From NCBI GenBank assembly GCA_028534125.1, contig JAPYYK010000093.1, positions 1,240,001 through 1,304,000 on the forward strand: a stretch of DNA of 64,000 nucleotides, read 5' to 3'. Both the position numbers and the translations under genes were made by a program. Positions 43,651-61,500 of the stretch are shown one piece after another (the first letter of the stretch is position 1; every line of letters begins with the position of its first letter). This stretch comes from Lama glama. Taxonomy: Eukaryota. A model generated the notes under the pieces. That model saw nothing but the letters and a program-made list of their open reading frames with translations. It was not told the origin of the DNA and ran no database searches.

Positions 43651-43950
43651 ATTTTACTTTTTATCTCTTCTGTAATTTCTGGACATACCAGCACAAGTTG
43701 AGTTGCTGAGGGGGCAGTCTTGCAAGCCCAACTTCATCTAGACACATGATCCATAAACTTCTCTGGGATGGTAGAGAAAGAAAGAAAGGGGAGCACTCCA
43801 GCAGGAGGAGCAAGCACAAATGTCACACACAGGACTCCAGCTACCCCTGAGGTGTCCCATGACCAAGTCAGCTGAGAGAGTCCAGGAGGTCCCAGCCCCA
43901 GCTCCTAGACTGAGGGGCAAATCCAGGCTTCCCCTAGGCTGGGAAGAGGC

Positions 43951-45789
43951 TCAAGGCTGGATCCTTTTGCGGTACAGGTAGGCGTTGCTCACCTGGTTCA
44001 TGATGACCAAGCTGGTGATGACAGGGCATAGCACAGCCAGGTACCAGACCCCACCGGTGACTGTGGCAGTGAACCAGAGTGAGCACATGCCCAATAAGAG
44101 GCTGGCACTACCCAGAAGGTAGCCCACCAGCCCAGAAGTGGCATGGTACAGCTTGAGCTTGGCCAGGGGCCATCGGGGCAGCAGTTTGGGGTAGAGCAGC
44201 CCCACCCCACCTGAGCACTGCAGCCCTGCCCACAGCACAGCTAGCAGCCCTGCCCGCCCGTGCCACGTGGCCAAGTGGGCTTTGCCAAGCTGTTCCTTGT
44301 GGAGGATGACAAGGCCCAGGCCCATCAATGCACACAACAGGGCCAGCAGCTGCAGTACCCAGTGGCAGCGAGCTCGGCCCTTCCGCGAGAGGGAGCGCAG
44401 CAGCGAACTCTCAGGAGAGAACACCAGCAGTGCCTCGGTCATCAGGAAAGAGAACTGGGGAGACAGGGATGGAACACTAAGTAAGACTGCTGCCCAGCAG
44501 AATGGGGAAGAGAGCTTGAGATACAATCTAAGCTGCCAGCCAGTCTGGGCAGATTCCCCTTCATTCTCTCCCCACTGATAAGAGTGTCTATTTGGTGAGA
44601 CAAGAGTGGAGAACTCTATCTGGGACAGAATATCTGCCCTGAGTAACAAGCAAGAGGTACCACTCCACACTTCTTCCTAGGTGCTATTCTGAAATGTCAT
44701 CTCTGCTGTGTTACTCAGCAAACACAAGGTTCGAGATGTGGCAGTTATAAATGATTCACAAGCTTTCTTTTCCTGTCATAGAGCTGGATACAGTTTCTTG
44801 GCAAGCGCTGGCCATACAGGTGCACTGTTTCAGGGAAAATTAGATGTGTCACTATAAATTAAGGTGAAAAGGAACACAGGTACACCCAAATGCATATTCT
44901 AAGCGTCCTGCCTGGAGGTGGGTGAAGCTTCATTTTGTGCTTAGATAAACCCATTTGCCCTGCATCTTGAATACTCTGGTTCAAGTCTGGGACATATACC
45001 ATGGGCAGGAGTTGGAGCATGCAGCTCCTCCAGCCCCACATCCCGTCCCTCCAAACAGATACTAAGTGTTCATAAAGATTTAGAAGTCACCAAGACCACC
45101 ACCCATAGCTATACTCCGTCCCACCCATAAGAGCAGGCCAGGCCCATTACTTACAGCCAGGGACATAAGCACCGGGTGCCAGGAGAAGAGACCTGGAATG
45201 AGAAGAGAAGGCTTTGAGGCTGAAGCAAGAAGAACCCAGCCACACCAATCGCCACAGGCTGAGGAAAATGAGCAGCCGATCACCCAAGGAGGTGCTGCCA
45301 AAATTCAAGTCCCCTCTTGCTGCAACAAGCTGACCCCAAGCATACCCTCTCTTCCTGGTCCCTCCCTAGATCAGAGGCTATGCTTTCCCACTCCTCTGGC
45401 AGTCCTCCCTCCTTCCCCCTGCACTTTCCAGGAGGCAGCCAAGTGGAGCACAAGACAAGAGCAGCCAGGTACTCTGTGGGACCTGGCCAAGCTGGCCCAG
45501 CTTCCACACTTACCTACTCCACCCCACTTACCCCTCCAGCATAGCATGTCCCTCTGCCAGCCAGGCCTTTCCCAGGAGTCAGACCCAAGGCTTCCTATTG
45601 CCCCTGCTCCCCAGAAGAAGTGGCACTTTCCTTCCCATAAGTCAACTATGAATTCTACTTACTGGAGCCAGGCCTGGCAAGTACAGCCACAAAGATGGTG
45701 AAGCCTAGGGCCACAAGGTGGGCAGCAGCCCCAGAGGCAGTGCGCAGAGCTCGGTATATGTGCGATTCAGTCTCCACAGAAAGAGCCAT
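43951..45789 (-). CDS. CYB561D2: Cytochrome b561 family member D2 (101F6), transmembrane ascorbate-dependent reductase
   Basis: complement join(45663-45789, 45155-45192, 43951-44454) = 669 nt = 222 aa; [16 protein letters not shown]...[12 protein letters not shown]|[10 protein letters not shown]...[10 protein letters not shown]; candidate heme His in WHP, CHW, WHG, YHA. Confidence 0.96.
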
Positions 45790-46039
45790 GGTCAGCCAGG
45801 CCGGTGGCTGTAGCCTGAAAGCATAGTAGAGTGAGCAAGGGCCTCTGGTGCCCACTGTCCACTCCTCTCACTGGAGCAAGAGTTGCAGGGCAGGAATGCC
45901 ACTCTCTTCCAAGAAGTTAAGATATGAAGGAACAGTACTAAGCTAGGCACCAGGAATAGTTGAGACTGGTGGCCTGTCAGAGTGTGCACGCTTCTGAATT
46001 GACACTGGTCACTGGCCCACCTTCCAGGTAGGATGCGCA

Positions 46040-46549
46040 AGGCCGTGTAATAGACTACAAATCCCAGCATGCACCACGCCGTCGCCGGGCGGGAGCGCTT
46101 GCTGGAAGGGTATGAAGCACCACGGGAATTGTAGTTCCCAGTTGCGTCGAAATTACAGCCTGAATCCCTTCGCGCACAGCCACCCCAAGTGCCTCTGGCA
46201 CGCTGCCCTTACATGCTAGGGATTCGCCTGCCTCACCCGCAGGGCCGACCCGACGCGGTGATTTCTTCCGAGAAAGTGGGATTTTCGGGGCTCTGCCGCG
46301 GGCGCTACCGCTCCGTCGCGGAGCAGCTTAACTTCCGGGTCCGAGCGCCTACCCACCCGGGACTTCCTGGAACAGTCCCCCACAGCCACACGGCTGAGTC
46401 GCGGTGCGCAGGCGCTGTTGAGCGGACGGTGTGTTGGCTCTGTCAGTGCGCAGGCGTGCTTGACCCGGTGTCCCAGGCTTCAGGGCTGCTTCTGACAGGT
46501 GCTCCCAGACATAGAGGTGCCAGCCACGGTCCCGGGCCCCATTAACGCC
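46040..46549. promoter_or_regulatory. Bidirectional CpG-island promoter shared by CYB561D2 and NPRL2
   Basis: Start codons about 760 bp apart head-to-head; ZNF143 motifs at 46053-46075 (+) and 46117-46137 (-); ETS ACTTCCGG at 46331; NRF1-like TGCGCAGGCG twice (about 46405, 46447). Confidence 0.85.
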
Positions 46550-49581
<3,032 letters not shown>

Positions 49582-49706
49582 GGCTGGTGAGGGCTGGCCC
49601 AGGCACACAGCTGTGACTGCTGTCTCCTGCTAAGCCCTGCCTGGTGCGTGAGGGCTAGACCAGCAAACTAGCCCATACTGCCTTAAGGTTGATGCACACT
49701 TCTGTA

Positions 49707-49712
49707 AATAAA
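49707..49712 (+). terminator. NPRL2 polyadenylation signal AATAAA
   Basis: TGTAAATAAA about 125 nt after the stop. Confidence 0.8.
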
Positions 49713-49713
49713 G

Positions 49714-50360
49714 TCATCCATTTCAACCTACCTTTATTGAGTACTGCCTCTGAGCCAGCCACCGGAGAGAACCTTCGGGAATGGAATAGCCATAGTCCTG
49801 GCGTCCTGGGGCGCCATCTGGTGGGCAGGACCGACAATGGACAAGTAAAAGTGCCAGCTAATTACAAACTGAAAGAAACAATCAGGAAGCTGTGATGAAG
49901 AGTGAGTTGGGATGGCTGCTCTGGATTAGATGGGCAAGGAAGGCCTAGCTGAGCTGACTTAAACTGAACCCTGAAGGAGAAGGAGTATTCCAGGCAAAAG
50001 TAACAAGCGAAAAAGCCCTGAAGCAAAAGGCTCCTTGGGATGTATGTGGAAGCCAAGGGAGGCCCATGGGGCTGGAACTTAGGAGTCAAGTGGGAGTGGG
50101 GCAAGAAACGAAGTCCTGAGGTAGGAGAAGGTGCAAGAGCCTGATACTGCAGAGTTGCCGGTAAGCTGCTTTGGACACAGTATTTTGATTTTGAGGGCCA
50201 GAGGCAGCCAGATTCACCCTCATGCGAGGGAGTAATGTCTCACATACACCTTTAAAGACTTCTGCTACTCAGCAAAGTCAAGGCCACGGTAGTTACCTCA
50301 TGAGAGGTAATGGCAGCCTGGAATAGGATGAAGAGAAGTTGTGAGCCCTGAGCAGTATTT
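49714..50360 (-). mobile_element. LINE-2 fragment in the NPRL2-ZMYND10 spacer
   Basis: TCATCCATTTCAACCTACCTTTATTGAGTACTGCCTCTGAGCCAG resembles the reverse-complemented L2 3' terminus, followed by purine-rich L2-like sequence. Confidence 0.6.
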
Positions 50361-50439
50361 CGCGAGTGGAGCCAACAAGGTGGAGCTGGGAGCGAGGAGA
50401 CCATGGAGAGGCGCATCAGTGTGGGCTGAGAGGGAGCAG

Positions 50440-54587
<4,148 letters not shown>

Positions 54588-54769
54588 CGGCTGCAGCTGC
54601 TGAGGGCCAACCACCCATGCTATACAACCTACTAGAGTGTGCCCTGAACCTCTGGATCTCAGCCTGGCCTCTGCAAGCGCCCCAGTCTCCCAGGTGGTGA
54701 ACACAGCAGGCGGGTAGAGCTGCTGACCCATCTTCCCCAGCAAAGCACTCCCCGCTTCCTGCCCCACCC

Positions 54770-55560
54770 GGCGGGTAGGCTTAGGACGCAGCCTCAGCAA
54801 GCTAGGGCAGGCGGCCTGGGCGGGGGGCGAGGGCCGAGGGCCGGATGTGGGGACCCTCTTCCTCTAGTACAGTAAAGTAAAGCTGGCTTCCAGAAACACG
54901 ACTGTTTCCGCGTGGCCCTTTGCGGTCGTCGTCGTTGTCTTCGTCGTCAGGGGGAGGGGAGTTGCTGGCGGGATGAAGGGAGGATAGGAAATGGAGGGCG
55001 GGGACTCCGCGAGAGCAGCGCCTCGCCGCCCCACTCCGCCTGCGGGCCGACACAGCCCAGGCGCCCAGGTTACAATTGCGCCGCTCCCCTCGGCTCTCTC
55101 CAGCCGCTCTGCCTGAGTCCGGGGGCGGCGCCGCATCGGGGACCGCCCCGCAGCCCCGCCCGCCCCGCGCTCGCTCGCGCCCAGAGCCGGCCCGAGACCC
55201 GGCCCGACCGGGCCATGTCCGCTGAACCTGAGCTCATTGAGCTGCGGGAACTGGCACCCGCGCGGTGCGCCACCCCGGGCCGTACCCGGCTGGAGCGTGC
55301 CAACGCGCTGCGCATCGCACCGGGCACAGCGCGCAACCCCGCAAGGCAGCTGGTCCCGGGCCGCGGCCACCGCTTCCAGCCTGCGGGGCCCGCCACGCAC
55401 ACGTGGTGCGACCTCTGTGGAGACTTCATCTGGGGCGTCGTGCGCAAGGGCCTGCAGTGCGCACGTGAGTAGCAGTCCCTTGCGCTGGCGAGAGCGAAAC
55501 GGGTGGCCAAGGGGCAGCACCTTCGCTGTGGGCCAAGTTGCGACGGAGGGGGTTTGACAG
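54770..55560 (+). promoter_or_regulatory. RASSF1A CpG-island promoter, overlapping the ZMYND10 3' end
   Basis: Very CpG-dense with several GC boxes; orthologous to the island known to be hypermethylated in human tumours. Confidence 0.85.
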
Positions 55561-58500
55561 GGACGGTCCCTGTGGACCAGGACAGTTATCTTTGCCCCAT
55601 AGCAGAAGAGAGTTCGAGCAGATGGTTTATAAGCTTGTCAAGCCCCCCCTGCGTTTGAGACATAGTTAGGCAGAGGCAGTTACCTGTGAATAACAGGTGC
55701 TTAATTTCAAGTTTAAAGAGTGTGTTGGCCCTTCTTGAGAAAGTCTTTGTGCCACCCAGTCCCTGAGTTCGTATTCCCACACCTGCCCCTTCCCAAAGAT
55801 TCACTCCCCAAGTCCCCCTCCAGAAACCCTGAGATGAAGGGAATTTACCCACCTATGGGAGAAGGCATGGAAAAGTTAGAACCTTGGGTGGGCCTACTGC
55901 AAGCAGTTTTGTTGCGTCTTCATTTAGTAAATACCTACTGTAGGTTCAGTCAACCAGGTGCTAAAAGATGAACACAGCCACTACCCTCCCAGGAATCACC
56001 AGCAAGCAGTAGTTGATCTTCCACTGGCTATACACCAGCTAGAATTACTTGGGATGCTTTTACAGCCCTCCAACTCCCCCATGCTTATACCCTAACTCAC
56101 ACCTGTTGAATCAATCACTGGGAGTGTATGAGTAATTTTTATAAACAGATTATTCTGTGCAGCCTGTGTTGAGAATCAATGCTCTGGTTAATTTAGGAAC
56201 TTTATGGAGAACAGTAGCGATTTTTGCTGAGATAAGGAACTCTGGCAAGGGTAGGGGTGAGGAAAACTAAGTTTAAAAGGGTAAGAAAGTGAGTTAAATT
56301 TTGGCCATGTTGAGTTGAAATGTCTACTAGACATCCAAACGAAGATACTAATACACAGGATTTGATCTGAGGGAAGAGGTCAGTGATGAAAGCCTTGGAT
56401 CAGGGGTAGGTCAGTGTACACAGAGCAGGGAGGCAATCAGGACTGAGCCTCAGAGACACCACCATTAGACGTGGAAGTTGAAACAGAACTAAAGGAGCTG
56501 AGCAGGAGCTGCAGGGAGGTGGGAGGAAGACCAGGGTAGAAGGGGCCCCCCAGGAACCAAGAGGAACAAGCATCAGATGATGCTGAGGAAGTGAAGATGG
56601 AGAAAGACCGGATTTGGCAGTGGGCAGGTCGCTGAGGACCCTGACCAGGGCAGTCTCCTGGAGGGAGGGGCAGGCCTGATTGGAATGGGTAGAGGGTGAA
56701 GGCGAGGGACTGAGAGGTAAGTTTCTGGTGTGAGAGGAGTAGAGACAAATAACAACTAGAGCGGGGCATTGGGTTACAAGGTTTTTTTTTTCCCCTTCAA
56801 GTAAATGGGCGGAGGGAGGGGCGCTGATAAAGAGGAAGGGGAAAGTTCTGCCCTCGACTCCAGAAATCCAACTGTTTAGCAGGCTTGGATCCCTAACCGC
56901 CTGAAGCCTTCTCGCCAGTTTGCAGACGCCGGTGGCGGGGCGTGGGGGGGTGTACCAACACTAAAATCTGTGTAGCGGTGGGCGGTAACGGGGCCTGAGA
57001 TAAGACCGGTCATGCAGAGCACTACGGGCAATGGCCTTCACCCCTGGGCTATTCTGTCCCCGGGACGCTTTTCCGTTTCTTCCCCGCTGTCCCCGGGGTT
57101 CCTCCGCCTCACAGCCAGGCTTCTCCGCAGATTGCAAGTTCACCTGCCACTACCGTTGCCGCGCGCTCGTCTGCCTAGACTGCTGCGGGCCCCGGGACCT
57201 GGGATGGGAACCTGCGCTGGAGAGGGACACGAACGTGGTGAGCGCGGGACCTGGGAGCTTACGGGCAAGGCAGGGACGCGCAGACGAGCGGGCCACTTTG
57301 CAGGCGTTCCCTATGGCCGCTTGGCGTTACGCGCAATAAACGTTCTTATAGCCGACTTTCCCGCGACAGAGAATGGCTAATTCTGCCCGCGGGCTCGAAG
57401 GGGTGCTTGGGGTACTGACTGCGCGGACTGCCCAGAGCCACCCAGGCTCCGCGCAAGCGCAATTTTCGCACCTTATAACATCCTGTCTTGGGGCCACGGT
57501 GGTGCACATGCGCACACGTTGCGCCTTGTTCCCCGTGGGAGGTGGGGCCCGCGAGGCGGAGCCAAGCTGAGCTGCCTGAGCTATGAGATCATTCCTTGAG
57601 GCGAGACGTGCGTGTGACCCCGCCCTTCGACATTCCTCCTCCAATGAGACAAGAGCTAGATCCTGGCTGTCTACATTTCAGTGTTAACGGTTGCGGCGCG
57701 GACACTGGTTCGGGCGTTCGCGCACACTTACACGCGCGCGCACGCGCATATGCGCCTGGGGCGGTGGTTGGAGGCTACGCGCGCGCGGGACTCGCGGAGC
57801 TGGCGGGCAGGCGGGCGCGGCGATGGGCGAGGCAGACGCGGGGACGCCTTCTTTCGAGATGACCTGGAGCAGCACAACAAGCAGTGGCTACTGCAGCCAG
57901 GAGGACTCCGACTCAGAGCTCGAGCAGTACTTCACCGCGCGTACCTCGCTGGCACGCAGGCCGCGCCGGGACCAGGTGGGGGCCGGGGATTGCGGGAGGC
58001 AGGCTAGGGGCGGTCGCTGGGACCCCGCCCCTCCCTGGTAAGTTTCGGCGTCGAGAGTTTGTAAGCAACCCCGCTCTCCCGTCAGCGTGGATCCTGGACC
58101 CAACCCGGGCCAGTCCTCGGAACCGTGTGTTGGGTTTTCAGCGCGTGGGTACTGGCTGCTGAGGCCTTTCAGTTTCTGTCACAGACCGGCTGAACTAGGG
58201 GAAGCAGCTCAGTGGCTTGGGGTAGACCAGGGCATTATTCACCTATTACTAAGGCTGACTGCGCAGTCTGGAGTAACACCTCGATTTCCGCGTGTGGGTG
58301 CTCCCAGCCCCCACTCTGGGGGACCAGGAGGAAGTGGAGCGGGAGGAGTTCTAGCCCGGAATACAGAAGTGTGTTTAGGAGAGAGGCAAAGGAAGGTCCG
58401 GGCCCCTCCGTATGCACTCCTGAATGGAGCCAGCTGAGTCCTCACCTCTTGCCGGTCCTGGCCTGTCACCAGCTGCTGGAATGGAGAAGATTCTGATCCC

Positions 58501-61500
58501 GATTCCCCCGACCCCCACCCTGAGGGAAACTGGAATGCTGGCTTGGGCAACACATATACTAAAATTAGAGCGGACCTGGAGAAAGGGGATTTGGGAGTGG
58601 ATGGGAAGGAAGCCTTGTTTTGGACTGTAAGCATCCAGGAGCACTTTGTCTACAAGAGGTGGGGAAGGCTAGATTGTAAAATGCCCTGAGAGAGGTCAAG
58701 AGAGGGGTTACTAATGCAATACCATAAGGTATGGCACTAGAGCAGCTGTAGGTCTCAGAGTCTCCCAGGTGTCCCCATTATCAAAGACTTCTGTGCTGTG
58801 TGCCATGACTGTGACCACCAGGCTCAAATAACTGTTCTGGAGCTGGTACACCTCAGAGGAGCACCCTGGCCAGGGCATCAGGAAAAGGATGGGGACCATG
58901 ATGTGAAGTTCAGTATATCTGGCAGCAGTGGGACAGAATTCCTTGCATAAGCCAAGAAAAGAGAGTTGTGGATAATTCTTCAGTGAAAATTTTATACCTC
59001 AAGATCTCACTCCAGAGTTTGGGTGCAAGGTTTGAATGTTGATCCCTGGAACTGTCTCTGTCACTCAGGCCTGAGCCATTTTCCATTGTGGAAAAGTGAG
59101 AAAACCACAAGACACTGACCAATTGAAAACGAGGCTGGGGAGTTCCAAGCTGTACATAAAAACCACCAGTCACTGTGGACAGTGGCAGAGTAGAGGGGGG
59201 TGACTGTAGTACAAGAGAAGGGAAATTCCATGGTCCCGTTGTGTATCCCTCTGGGACCGCTGTTGGAATCCTCCTCTAGCAGTCAGCTTTAGAAACAGAA
59301 AAAAACTTACTCCTCTAGAATCCTGACAGGATAGTGCAGTGTCTCCAGTCCAAGTCCCTTGTTTTATGAGTAAAGATACTGAGGAAGGTTGACCTGGAGA
59401 AGGAAGGGGCTGGAACTGAGGTCACTTCATCCCAGTTCAGGGCTCCTGGATAACCTGAACAGGGAAGAGGAAGGACCCAGGTAGAGCTTAGAGTCATCCT
59501 AGGGAAGGAGAATAAGTTAGTGCCATGCCTTTGATCACCCTGTTCTGTAAATAGAATTCTCTTCCTTCTTGCTCCAGCTCTAGTCTGCTCAGCTTTCCTC
59601 CTAGCACCCCTCCCATCTTGGCATTTCTTCCCGCGGGGTCACTCCTTCCTGTCCCTCTCCTTGGGCCTGAACAAATACATTTATCCTTTATTCCCAGCCT
59701 GCAGCCTTCGTTTTACCCCCCAGATTCCTCACTTTCCAGAGCCCACACCATTGTTCTTACTAGTCCTGCAGGATTTCCCTCTGTCTCCAACAAACTTTCT
59801 GCTGGAGTTTTCACTTCTCAGTGCTCTTTTCCGTCTAGGAGACCTTTGGAAGCTTGGGGAAGCACATAGGCTTCAATTTCCACCCCTTCCCCAGCCTCAA
59901 TCCTCAGCACCACGCACTTGCTGGCTGCTGAGCAGCATCAGGTTCAAGGTGAAGAGCATACTGCTAAAACGCTGTGGACTCTACCTGACCCTTCATCTGT
60001 CCTTCTTATTTGTCCCCATCAGATGGTTTAAGCTTAGGGGGCTCCAAGGTAGTAGTCAGGGAAAAGCCTGGCTGCCCTGGGCTGAGCTGAGCACAAGTTT
60101 AAGGTTATACTGCAGGAGACATTCTGGTGGGAACTCCCCTGGAACAAGGCATTGGTCAGTGGTGATCTCAGCTGTATCTGTGACATTCATACCTACTAGG
60201 ATCTATCTTACGTCAACAGGAAGTAAGGCTGATGCAACAGGACCAAGGGAGTTTGGCAGAAGGAAGTTAATTCAGAGCCCTGGCTGCCCTGGGCCATACT
60301 CCACCCTTCCGACAAGAATCCAGTCCCTGGAGGAAAAGGAGAAGGGCTGAATGGTGGAGCTAAAGTCTTTGGGTTACACCTCTAGACCGGGGATTGAGAG
60401 GGAGGGTATAGTTCAGTGGTAGAGCACATGGTTAGCATGCATGAGGTCCTGGGTTCAGTCCCCTATACCTCCTTAATTAAAATAAATAAATAAGCCTAAT
60501 TACCCCCCCCCAAAACAAAAAACAAACTAACTCTAGACAGCAGGGAAGAGTTCCAAAAGTCTACTTATTTGGCACTTGTGGGACAGGCTCTACCAGAAGG
60601 CTCTACCATGCACCTCGGGCAGTTTGGAGCCTGGCCTGAAGCTGTTTTTTATGCAACTTGGGTCAAGATCAAATGGCATGTCACAGTGGTTTCCTCGCTA
60701 TGTCTGAGGAACACAGGGCTGGCCCCAGGTCTCCCATCAGGAGTGTTAACATTGCAGAGATTGCCCTTCCCCTCCTGCCCGCTAGTAGCTGGGTTCCTGG
60801 TGTGCACCACTACCCATACTTCTCACCCTGCAGTGGGTTATGGCCAAGGCAGAGTGGCAAAGTGCACTGCCTTCTCCAGGACACACCTTGACCCCACCTG
60901 ACTTGCATGCTGGGATCAAGCTGTCCCTCAGATTCCTAGATCTTTTCCTGGTCCCTGGCCTCAAGCTTGGAGTTTCCTTGGTTTCAAGGTATCCTTAGGG
61001 CCTTCCCCAATGTTGAGGAGGATTCAGGCAGGCGGCAGAGAGAAGCCGAATGATTCTGCCTTGGCTGTGTCCACCCATAGCATGCAGAACCAGGAGCAGT
61101 GATGGATTCTTCTCATCAGGACTTGAACTTTGTTAACAGTTTCCAAAGGCTGCTCATAGGTGGTCCACCCAGGGCTCCCCTCCTTGCCTGTGACACACAT
61201 TGCAGAGGAATGAATTCCTTAAGGGTCCTGTGTCCATGCTGGTCCATCTTTCAGGATGAGCCTGTGGAGTGGGAGACTCCTGACCTTTCTCAGGCTGAGA
61301 TTGAGCAGAAGATCAAAGAGTACAATGGCCAGATCAACAGCAACCTGTTCATGAGCCTGGTGAGTTGATAGCTTGTTTTGGAGAGAGGCAGGAACCCAGC
61401 TGTGTGCCTGGTGTGCAAAGGGTCACAGCTGAGGTGTTCCTGTGTGGGCCCAAACAGTGATTTATTCACACCCAGCCTAGCCCTAAGTGGACTGGTAGTA

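Noticed and set aside
54912-55214. 101-codon in-frame upstream extension of RASSF1A
   Set aside because: Non-ATG start, mostly upstream of the expected TSS; open frames are expected in a CpG island.
54864-55520. Antisense ORFs over RASSF1A exon 1 and similar ORFs at 38148, 50472 and 57681
   Set aside because: GC-rich shadow ORFs with Arg/Gly/Pro/Ala bias and no recognisable domain.
59661-60350. 229-aa ORF in a RASSF1 intron
   Set aside because: Non-ATG start, no recognisable homology or exon structure.
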